Under the pieces are notes generated by a model. It did no database searches, was not told where the DNA came from, and saw only the letters and a list, made by a program, of their open reading frames with translations. The position numbers and the translations under genes were made by a program. Shown one piece after another: positions 1 to 6,792 of a stretch of 13,878 nucleotides of DNA. Numbering within the stretch: position 1 is the stretch's first letter; every line of letters starts with the position of its first letter. The stretch comes from Candidatus Sulfobium sp. Lineage in GTDB: Bacteria; Nitrospirota; Thermodesulfovibrionia; Thermodesulfovibrionales; UBA6898. The stretch is taken from positions 1-13,878 of the forward strand of contig JARRRI010000045.1 in assembly GCA_037380845.1 (NCBI GenBank), in the 5' to 3' direction.

Positions 1-726
1 AAGTGGGACGGGGCCGTCTATTGCGCTTCCGGACAGTCCAAGAACGACTACATCGAAGTGACCATGACAAACCCGGCCTACATCGATGTCCGGGACAAGA
101 AGACCCTTAAGCTCAAGCACCGTGTGTTCCTGAAACAGCTTGGGTACAATAACAACTATCAGTTTTTCCACGGGACGAACTCCCCGGACTACAAGACCTT
201 CGTCGTCACCATCAACAGATCCAAGGAGTGGGTAAATCCCTCTACCATTAATTTCGGTGACCGTAGCGGCAAGGTCGATATGCTTCTCCTGGACCTGCCT
301 TCACTCCTCAAGGGCAAGGTGAAGGTGCTGGCAAGGAATACGGTTTCGGCAAGTCCGGGCGGCACGGGGCCGACAGGTTCGGGGACATTTACCTTCAGGC
401 AGTACTTTACTCCTGACGGCAACTATATCCTGCAGTCCGGCGCCGACAGGATGTACCTCTTTGATGCCCACACCCTGAAGCTCCTCGACAGGAGAATGAT
501 GAAGGACGGCGAAAACCACGACGACATCGGCACGCCTGACAGCAAGTATGCAGTGATGACACTCAGGTCGCCCGGCAAGTACCAGGACGGCGAACTGCAG
601 CTTTACGATATCAGTGCGCACAAGATAATCGGCAAGCCGGTTTCCATCTGCAACGCCTGTCACAGCAAGATGGGTATGCACTTCAGCGCGGCGCTCTGTG
701 GGATAGACGCAAACTGGAATAAGTAA
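1..726 (+). CDS. 5'-truncated hypothetical protein, probable beta-propeller with C-terminal CxxCH (putative monoheme cytochrome c)
   Basis: Frame is open from base 1 (KWDGAVYCASGQSKNDYIEV...) to TAA at 724-726, so the ORF-track start at 58 is internal. Blade-like segments NSPDYKTFVVT, FTPDGNYILQS and GTPDSKYAVMT; CNACH at 649-663. Confidence 0.75.
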   Translation, partial: KWDGAVYCASGQSKNDYIEVTMTNPAYIDVRDKKTLKLKHRVFLKQLGYNNNYQFFHGTNSPDYKTFVVTINRSKEWVNPSTINFGDRSGKVDMLLLDLPSLLKGKVKVLARNTVSASPGGTGPTGSGTFTFRQYFTPDGNYILQSGADRMYLFDAHTLKLLDRRMMKDGENHDDIGTPDSKYAVMTLRSPGKYQDGELQLYDISAHKIIGKPVSICNACHSKMGMHFSAALCGIDANWNK

Positions 727-744
727 ACCAACCGGTTTGGCCGC

Positions 745-767
745 CCGGCAGCACGGCTGCCGGTTTT
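745..767 (+). terminator. Terminator-like hairpin after the CxxCH gene
   Basis: CCGGCAGC-acg-GCTGCCGG perfect 8-bp stem followed by TTTT. Confidence 0.5.
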
Positions 768-781
768 CCAGAGCGGGAAAC

Positions 782-830
782 TGAAAAGGCGGGCACCCTT
801 GTCCTGGACTGAGGGGATGCCCGCCTTTCA
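782..830. repeat. Long GC-rich inverted repeat/hairpin just upstream of the permease RBS
   Basis: AAAGGCGGGCA pairs with TGCCCGCCTTT, and the inner CCCT/AGGG extends the stem; the SD AAGGAG at 836-841 follows. Confidence 0.6.
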
Positions 831-845
831 ACCGAAAGGAGAAAA

Positions 846-2033
846 GTGAAGTTCAGCCTTTTCAGCGTTGCGGTAAAGAACCTTAAAAGAAAGTCATTCA
901 GAACAGCGGTCCTCATCGTTTCCATCGGTCTCCTCGTATCCATACTGGTTTTCGGGGCATCGTTCATACTCAGCGTCGGGTCCAGCATTGAGAAAGCTTC
1001 GAACCGGCTGGGGGCCGACTTGCTGGTAGTCCCGTCGGGGGCGGTGGACGTGGCCTCGGATGTGCTGCTGGCTTCGAAAATAAAGGTCTTTTATATGGAC
1101 AAGGACATTATTCAGAAGGTGGAAAAGGTGAAGGGCGTAGGCAAACTTACCTGGGAGACCTATCTGGCGAGTGCACCGGGCCAGTGCTGCTCCATACCGC
1201 CTGCGGAGATAGTGGCCTTTAACCAGAAAACTGATTTTATCGTCACGCCGTGGCTGAGAAAGTCACTCCACCGAAAGCTCAAGAGAAACGAGGCCCTGAT
1301 CGGGTATACATCGAACAAGAACCTCGGTCTCCTCAACGTGGACAGCACGATGTTTAACATCAAATTCAAGTTCGTGGGAGTCCTCGAAAAAACCGGTACA
1401 GGTCTCGACAACGCCATATTCATAAGCGACAAAGACCTCAAGAATATAATAACCAGCAGCAGCATGGCGAAGGTCAAACCGAACCAGATCTCCGCCATAT
1501 TCGTGAAGGTCAGGAAGGGTTATGACCCCAAAATAGTGGCCAGGGACATAATGAACGACATCATGCAGGTGGACGTAATCCAGAGGGCCAACATCGGAAA
1601 GAGGATGCTCTCCACCCTGGGTGACATAAACAAGATCTTCCTGATCACGATTGTCATGGCCTCCGTGCTTTCCATTTTCCTGACCTGGACCATATTTTCA
1701 GCTATAGTCAACGAACGCTTCAGGGAGATAGGCATCATGAAGGCGATCGGCGCCAAGGGTTCTCATATCGTCAAGCTGTTCGTCATGGAGGTGCTGCTCC
1801 TCGGCCTCATCGGAAGTCTGGCAGGCACCGCCTTCGGGATGTATCTGTCGGCGTTGCTTTCGAAGTCGTTCGTGCTGCTGCGCAACCTGTCCGCCACTCT
1901 TACTCTCGCGCAGCGCGTGGATATCTGCGTGCTTGGCCTCGTTGTGGGTGTGGGGATATGCATAGTGGGTGCCCTTTCTTCCATAATCAGGATAAAGAAG
2001 CTTGAGCCGCTTTCGGTCTTGAAGGAGGTATAA
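846..2033 (+). CDS. ABC transporter permease, MacB/FtsX family
   Basis: N-terminal 'KNLKRKSFRTAVLIVSIGL' + TM, 'RLGADLLVVP' periplasmic-domain start, FtsX signature 'NERFREIGIMKAIGA', three C-terminal TMs ending 'KLEPLSVLK'. GTG start with SD AAGGAG. Confidence 0.93.
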   Translation: MKFSLFSVAVKNLKRKSFRTAVLIVSIGLLVSILVFGASFILSVGSSIEKASNRLGADLLVVPSGAVDVASDVLLASKIKVFYMDKDIIQKVEKVKGVGKLTWETYLASAPGQCCSIPPAEIVAFNQKTDFIVTPWLRKSLHRKLKRNEALIGYTSNKNLGLLNVDSTMFNIKFKFVGVLEKTGTGLDNAIFISDKDLKNIITSSSMAKVKPNQISAIFVKVRKGYDPKIVARDIMNDIMQVDVIQRANIGKRMLSTLGDINKIFLITIVMASVLSIFLTWTIFSAIVNERFREIGIMKAIGAKGSHIVKLFVMEVLLLGLIGSLAGTAFGMYLSALLSKSFVLLRNLSATLTLAQRVDICVLGLVVGVGICIVGALSSIIRIKKLEPLSVLKEV

Positions 2034-2729
2034 GTGGAACAGATAGTGTTACAGGAGCTTGCTAAGGATTACATCCTGGAGGGTTCCCGCATAACGGCGG
2101 TTCAGGAGGTATCACTTGAGATAAGAAAAGGGGACTTCATCTGCATTGTAGGCCATTCGGGTTCGGGCAAAACGACCCTGCTTTCCATGGTCGGTTGCAT
2201 TCTGAAGCCCTCATCAGGCAAGGTTTTCTTCGAGGGCACGGACGTCTACAGCTTAGGGGAGGAGGCCCTCTCGGAGTACAGGGCAAGAAAGGTCGGCTAT
2301 GTGTTTCAGTTTGCGAGTCTCCTGCCGGCACTCACGGCCAAGGAGAACCTGTTGCTGCCGACGCTGTTTAGTGGGATGAACGGCAACGGCAGCAGTTCGG
2401 CGGAGAAAAAGGCCACTGACTACCTGGAACTGGTGGGCCTTAAGGACAAAGTAAACGCCTATCCCGGCCAGCTCAGCGGCGGCCAGCAACGCAGGGTCGC
2501 CATAGCAAGGGCTCTTATGAACGACCCGTCGGCGATACTTGCGGACGAGCCCACGGGGGACCTGGACGAGGAAACAGAAGGCGAGGTCATGAACCTGTTC
2601 AGGAAGATAAACCGGGAGAATAACATTACGTTTATTCTCGTTACCCACAGCTCTGAACTTGCAAATATCGCCGACCGCAAGATAAAGATGCTGCACGGTC
2701 TTGCGGAGGAGATAGTAACTGTGGCCTGA
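2034..2729 (+). CDS. ABC transporter ATP-binding protein, LolD/MacB family
   Basis: Walker A GHSGSGKT, GYVFQ Q-loop, LSGGQQRRVAIARAL signature, Walker B ILADEPTG, H-loop VTH. The GTG abuts the permease TAA and the SD AAGGAGGT lies inside the permease end (translational coupling). Confidence 0.95.
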   Translation: MEQIVLQELAKDYILEGSRITAVQEVSLEIRKGDFICIVGHSGSGKTTLLSMVGCILKPSSGKVFFEGTDVYSLGEEALSEYRARKVGYVFQFASLLPALTAKENLLLPTLFSGMNGNGSSSAEKKATDYLELVGLKDKVNAYPGQLSGGQQRRVAIARALMNDPSAILADEPTGDLDEETEGEVMNLFRKINRENNITFILVTHSSELANIADRKIKMLHGLAEEIVTVA

Positions 2730-2809
2730 TTTGGGGCCTACCGACCATCGGCCGGAGCGCCCGAAAGAAAATACATCGTCTCCTTCAGGCTGTACGAGGC
2801 AGGGCAGGC

Positions 2810-2839
2810 GTGACTGAATGTCCACTGAAAGGTTATAAT
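2810..2839 (+). promoter_or_regulatory. Putative sigma70 promoter for the 2881 gene
   Basis: GTGACT (2810-2815), 18 nt, perfect TATAAT (2834-2839). Confidence 0.45.
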
Positions 2840-2880
2840 CCGGAACGCACCGAAAAGTATTCATATGAAAAGGACAGGGA

Positions 2881-3552
2881 GTGCCGGAGACGAAAACATA
2901 TTCTTTTTTTGCCGTTTCCTACGAACTCAACAGGAGGGAATTCAGGAGGAAACTCGGTCTTTTCCCCGAGGAAATGCGTTATTACGTCATTCTCGCAAAC
3001 AGCATTATAGGTTCGGAAAATGCAAAAAGGGTGGACGAGACGCCTGAAGCAGTTGTTGAAGACAGCCGTCAGTTTGTGGGAAAGCTGCTTTCTATGGTAA
3101 ACCCGGGGGCCGATCAGGCATTCAGGGAGGTGACGGAAACTTATCTGATCGAGACAATAAAAGACGAGCTGAGGTTCAACTGTCCGAACTGTAAGAATTT
3201 CGGCAGGTGCCTTGACCTTGAAAACCTGACCGTGGGAGAGCTCTTCAGGCGGCGTGCAAGCGGCGAAGAGACCGAAGAGATCAGGAATGAGATAGCCCTC
3301 CAGGTGGACCGGGCCCTGACGAGTACCCCTTATCTCGACTCCGATGTGGCACACGAATTATGTAAAGGCTTCATACATCAATACCGGGCCTCGGACATCG
3401 GAGCGGTCTTCGCAAGATATTCCGACATAGCGGCGGGGCTTCAGGGAGCATACGGCCTCGACTACGGCAAGATCCAGAAAGAGATGATAGAAATCAACAT
3501 GGAGTTCTGCGAAAAGATCAAAGGGATGCCGGGGTCTGCAACCCGGGAATGA
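2881..3552 (+). CDS. Hypothetical cytoplasmic protein with CxxCx5C motif (possible metal/Fe-S binding)
   Basis: 223-aa acidic, helical-looking ORF with host-like codon usage; CPNCKNFGRC at 3181-3210; purine-rich AAGGACAGGGA before the GTG. Confidence 0.75.
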   Translation: MPETKTYSFFAVSYELNRREFRRKLGLFPEEMRYYVILANSIIGSENAKRVDETPEAVVEDSRQFVGKLLSMVNPGADQAFREVTETYLIETIKDELRFNCPNCKNFGRCLDLENLTVGELFRRRASGEETEEIRNEIALQVDRALTSTPYLDSDVAHELCKGFIHQYRASDIGAVFARYSDIAAGLQGAYGLDYGKIQKEMIEINMEFCEKIKGMPGSATRE

Positions 3553-3579
3553 GACAAATTCCACCTGAAAGGTCCCGGC

Positions 3580-3795
3580 CTATGTCTTTTTACTCATCTT
3601 TCCCATGATGGCCGGGAACTCGCTCCCGAACTCCGGGTATACCCTTTCCAAAAAGAGCTTCAGGCCCTTTATCTCGAGCTTCAGGTCCCGAAGATCTTTT
3701 TCCATGCGGCACAGTTCATCGAGTTTCTTTGTTACCGATATCAGTTCCTGCTTAACTATATTTATGTTTTCCTCAGGCAGTTTTGCTTTATTCAT
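3580..3795 (-). CDS. Small hypothetical coiled-coil protein
   Basis: MNKAKLPEENINIVKQELISVTKKLDELCRMEKDLRDLKLEIKGLKLFL has a heptad pattern; ATG at 3795 preceded by GGAAGGTGGGAG (alternative GTG start at 3804). Confidence 0.65.
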   Translation of the reverse strand: MNKAKLPEENINIVKQELISVTKKLDELCRMEKDLRDLKLEIKGLKLFLERVYPEFGSEFPAIMGKMSKKT

Positions 3796-3940
3796 TTCTC
3801 CCACCTTCCGATTTCATCAATATGCATCGACTAAACCCGCTTTCCCGCGGCGGCACGCCGTTCCTGTTACCATTGTATAAGACAAAGTCTCCGGCCGCAA
3901 TCCTTCCACGTTGTACAGATCCAGCCTTTCCATGCCGGCC

Positions 3941-3993
3941 TTCACAATCTTTCACAGTGCATTCGTTCCCGGTTCACATTCCTTTGTTATCCT
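3941..3993 (+). promoter_or_regulatory. Tandem TTCACA boxes plus extended -10: candidate OmpR/PhoB-family regulated promoter
   Basis: TTCACA at 3941, 3951 and 3973 (degenerate TTCGTT at 3962), about 10-11 bp period; TG-t-TATCCT at 3985-3993. Confidence 0.5.
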
Positions 3994-4037
3994 CTCATCA
4001 TGAAGACGAACCTGACAAACGGAAAGGAGGAAGCGTC

Positions 4038-4394
4038 ATGAAACGGTTGATGTATCTTTTATTGGCAGGAGTCATGGTTGTGGGTTTTACGGCTGCGCAG
4101 ACTGAGAGGGCCGAGGCTATGGACAGCGGGTCCGCCGCATTGCTTGCGGGAACGGTTGCCGTTATCGGAGGGGCTGTCGTTTATGCAGCGGCCCTCGACG
4201 CAGACCATCACAGGCCGGTATACGTGGAGTCGCGCCCGTCGGTAACGTATTACCGCGAAGTTTACCGTCCTGCGAGGACAAGGGTGATTTACGTAAGACC
4301 TGGCCATCGCGATTGCTTCCCGGATCGTGACCGGTACCGCCATAGAGGATGGGACCGCAATGACAGAGGATGGCGTCACGGTTTCGGGAGATAG
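4038..4394 (+). CDS. Small exported/membrane hypothetical protein with R/H/W/Y-rich low-complexity tail
   Basis: Strong SD AAGGAGG before ATG 4038 (in frame with the track ORF from 3783). Signal peptide MKRLMYLLLAGVMVVGFTAAQTERAEA, second hydrophobic Gly/Ala segment, tail RDRYRHRGWDRNDRGWRHGFGR. Confidence 0.8.
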   Translation: MKRLMYLLLAGVMVVGFTAAQTERAEAMDSGSAALLAGTVAVIGGAVVYAAALDADHHRPVYVESRPSVTYYREVYRPARTRVIYVRPGHRDCFPDRDRYRHRGWDRNDRGWRHGFGR

Positions 4395-4406
4395 CAGCCG
4401 TCGGCA

Positions 4407-4435
4407 TTGACTTTCTCTCGGGAGTATAGTAATTT
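4407..4435 (+). promoter_or_regulatory. Putative sigma70 promoter with no downstream + strand gene
   Basis: TTGACT (4407-4412), 17 nt, TAATTT (4430-4435). Confidence 0.45.
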
Positions 4436-4440
4436 CAGGT

Positions 4441-4516
4441 GTAGAGGGCCTGGCCCTCGGTTGCGGAACTTAACCATGGGGCCCAGGTTCAGGCGAACCG
4501 GGGCCCCTCCTTCTTT
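4441..4516 (+). ncRNA. Candidate small structured RNA (three hairpins, the last terminator-like)
   Basis: GAGGGC/GCCCTC (4444-4458), GGTTG/TAACC (4459-4475), GGGGCCC-a-GGTTC/GAACC-g-GGGCCCC (4478-4507) followed by TCCTTCTTT; directly downstream of a promoter-like sequence. No known family recognised. Confidence 0.35.
4478..4516 (+). terminator. Intrinsic terminator-like hairpin between convergent genes
   Basis: 12-bp GC-rich stem with one mismatch, 4-nt loop, pyrimidine/T-rich tail. Confidence 0.6.
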
Positions 4517-4568
4517 GTGCTGTCGCCGTCAACCGCCGCGTCAATAATCCGACACCGGCCCACAGCGG

Positions 4569-5087
4569 TCATTTGCCCAATTTCTGCGTCATAATATAGT
4601 CATTGTCTTTGTGTGTTCCGTGGCAGCCTATGCAGGAGTCCACCTTCCCCGATGAGAGCACCTTGCCGCCGGGGCCGTACTTTGCCCAGAACCAGTCCCC
4701 CGCAGCCGGATTGTACCCTTTAACCTTGAGAATGACGGTGAGGGCTGCCAGTTCCTTCTGCGGAGTATAATTCTCCTTGACAATGATCGAATTATCCGCC
4801 ATCTTGCCTTCTTTTCCTTTAATGGAAAAATAAGCATCCTTGTTCACATAAGTGGTGAGAAGTGCGCCGTGCGGCTCAGTACCCTTGTAGAATCTTCCCT
4901 TCCCCGGCCACAAATGCCATTCATGGTAGGGTTTATACCTGGTAATGTACTCATACAACCGGCCGGCGTCCGGCCCGGGAAATGCTACGGATGTTTCAGA
5001 CGGCAATTCCATGTGGATGGCGTAAACAAAAGCCGCCGGGGCAAGAAAGAAGACGACGGCCATCAGGGAGAGTGCAGACTTTTTCAT
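4569..5087 (-). CDS. Cytochrome P460 family protein (P460/c'-beta fold), periplasmic
   Basis: SD GGAGGT before ATG 5087; signal peptide MKKSALSLMAVVFFLAPAAFVYA; family-like motifs H...TYVN, SIIVKENY, GDWFWAKY and C-terminal CIGCH (4620-4634) followed by NDYIM. Confidence 0.88.
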   Translation of the reverse strand: MKKSALSLMAVVFFLAPAAFVYAIHMELPSETSVAFPGPDAGRLYEYITRYKPYHEWHLWPGKGRFYKGTEPHGALLTTYVNKDAYFSIKGKEGKMADNSIIVKENYTPQKELAALTVILKVKGYNPAAGDWFWAKYGPGGKVLSSGKVDSCIGCHGTHKDNDYIMTQKLGK

Positions 5088-5137
5088 GATTACCTCCGAT
5101 TGAGCGAAAACAGTTTTAATTATCCCTTCCTGTTTCC

Positions 5138-5165
5138 AGATTAGCATCTGCCAAAATAAAGTCAA
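5138..5165 (-). promoter_or_regulatory. Putative sigma70 promoter of the cytochrome P460 gene
   Basis: Minus strand TTGACT (5165-5160), 16 nt, TAATCT (5143-5138) with extended TG. Confidence 0.5.
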
Positions 5166-5234
5166 CAAATCCCGGAGGACGTGCCGGAGGTGTCATTCCT
5201 GTGAATCTCCTCCCGTTTCTTTTCGGTGTTCTGC

Positions 5235-6038
5235 CTACTCCCGTTTTTCCAGTTCTGATACCTTGGCGCTTAATTGCCTGAGATGTTCATGCTCTTCTGC
5301 TGTCAGCGAGTGGATGCCTTCCCTTGCCGCCTTGTCCAGAAGCCTGTCAATCTCTTCCCTCAGCCTCTGCTCTTCCCTGTGACGCTCCAGGGCAGTTCTG
5401 AGAGCGTGCTCTTCCCTCTTTTCATTCCGCCGGGCGGAAAAGGATCTGCGCCAGTCGTTCCATTTCATATAAACCAGACCGAAGAGCATACCCCCAAGAT
5501 GTGCGAAATGGGCGATTCCGCTCCGGGAGGTGCCCACGGCGGTCAGGAATTCGATGACGCCTATCCCGATGACGAAGTACTTCGCCCTCACAGGGACGAT
5601 GCCCCAGATGTAGATGGGCTGTTCCGGAAAGAGGATGCCGAAGGCCATAAGGAGGCCATAAATGGCGCCGGACGCGCCGATTGTCGGGACAGGACTGGCG
5701 GGAGTAACCGCTGCATTCAGGATACCCGCCCCGATCCCGCAGATGAAATAGAATTTAAGGAACCTTTTCGAACCCCATGTCGATTCGAGGGCGGTCCCGA
5801 ACATCCAGAGGACGAACATATTCAAGAGGAGATGGAATATCCCGCCGTGGAGGAACATATAAGTTACCGGCTGCCATATGGAGCCTCTCCAGAAGAAAAA
5901 AGGGGTAAGGCCCAGGAGGGTGAACCACTGTGGACGGAAAAGCAGCTGAAATACAAAGATGGCGGAACAGGCCACTATGAGGTATTTGACCGCCGGCGTT
6001 ATTCTGGGGAAAAACTCCCACCTGCTGCGGTAAGGCAC
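5235..6038 (-). CDS. Rhomboid family intramembrane serine protease with C-terminal DUF6576-like helical extension
   Basis: WQPVTYMFLHGGIFHLLLNM, catalytic GASG, AHFAHLGG; C-terminal EIDRLLDKAAREGIHSLTAEE; SD AAGGAG before the GTG. Confidence 0.93.
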   Translation of the reverse strand: MPYRSRWEFFPRITPAVKYLIVACSAIFVFQLLFRPQWFTLLGLTPFFFWRGSIWQPVTYMFLHGGIFHLLLNMFVLWMFGTALESTWGSKRFLKFYFICGIGAGILNAAVTPASPVPTIGASGAIYGLLMAFGILFPEQPIYIWGIVPVRAKYFVIGIGVIEFLTAVGTSRSGIAHFAHLGGMLFGLVYMKWNDWRRSFSARRNEKREEHALRTALERHREEQRLREEIDRLLDKAAREGIHSLTAEEHEHLRQLSAKVSELEKRE

Positions 6039-6138
6039 TGTCTCGGCTCCTTTCTGCCCGGAGGCCCGTTTACTTTATATTGTACACGTCATTTGAAGAT
6101 ATGGTCCGGGGCAGGACATCCCCTCTTTTTCCCGGTTG

Positions 6139-6147
6139 TGGTATACT
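6139..6147 (+). promoter_or_regulatory. Extended -10 element for the 6172 gene
   Basis: TG-g-TATACT, 24 nt upstream of the ATG; a divergent TACAAT lies on the minus strand near 6080-6085 upstream of the rhomboid gene. Confidence 0.4.
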
Positions 6148-6171
6148 GTCCGAAAAATTTCGGAGGTCAGG

Positions 6172-6639
6172 ATGAAGAAGGTCGTGCTTGTAGTCGTAAT
6201 AGGTCTTTTCATTGCCGGTCTTGCCGGGGTCGAAGCCGCGGCCCAGACAAATCCGGGTTACTACATAAAATATAGTGTCAGCGGAAACGCAAAAGATCAG
6301 CGGCGGGATGACAAACTGATTCTCTGCAAGAACCCCTCGAAGGAGTTTCAGATCCATTCCATAGGCAAATGGGTGATAACCATAGATGCCGTTGGAAAGG
6401 GCGTCGGCCCCCACCAGGCCAAATTCATGATCGCCCCTCCGGAGGAGCTTAAGAACCTGAGAAAAATGAACAGCGCTGACCACCGCTTTTACGGAAAGGG
6501 CACTATCGTCCTTGAAAAAGCCGGAACAGACAAATACAATCTGCCTGCGGCCAAGGGGAAATTCTCAGGCATGGGTCTCAAATCCGGTGACGGCTTCACC
6601 ATAGACATAGAAGGCACTTTTTACTGCGGGACCCTTTAG
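6172..6639 (+). CDS. Exported hypothetical protein, beta-rich
   Basis: SD GGAGG (6162-6166) before ATG 6172; signal peptide MKKVVLVVVIGLFIAGLAGVEAAA; two Cys in the mature part (possible disulfide). Confidence 0.75.
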   Translation: MKKVVLVVVIGLFIAGLAGVEAAAQTNPGYYIKYSVSGNAKDQRRDDKLILCKNPSKEFQIHSIGKWVITIDAVGKGVGPHQAKFMIAPPEELKNLRKMNSADHRFYGKGTIVLEKAGTDKYNLPAAKGKFSGMGLKSGDGFTIDIEGTFYCGTL

Positions 6640-6792
6640 CAGGAGGCTGAAAAAGTATTTTCCGGCTCTTGCTCCGCGCGCGGAGATTGCCTCTGCTCCA
6701 CATTTTTCGTCCCTCTGCCGGAAGCGGCAGCTTCTATTGACAACCCACGCCTCTTCTGATAAGCATTAGGGAAAAGAATAAAAGGGGGACCA

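Noticed and set aside
3783..4037. 85-codon N-terminal extension of the 4038 gene in the ORF track
   Set aside because: It spans the promoter region; the strong SD and signal peptide define ATG 4038.
4476..4547. Tiny ORF MGPRFRRTGAPPSLCCRRQPPRQ
   Set aside because: No SD, and it runs through the GC-rich hairpin; probably incidental.
5088..5168. N-terminal extension of the P460 ORF from TTG 5168
   Set aside because: It overlaps the predicted promoter; SD GGAGGT and the signal peptide support ATG 5087.
5274..6275. 333-aa + strand ORF
   Set aside because: Antisense shadow of the rhomboid gene; no motifs, no RBS, and it overlaps the next gene.
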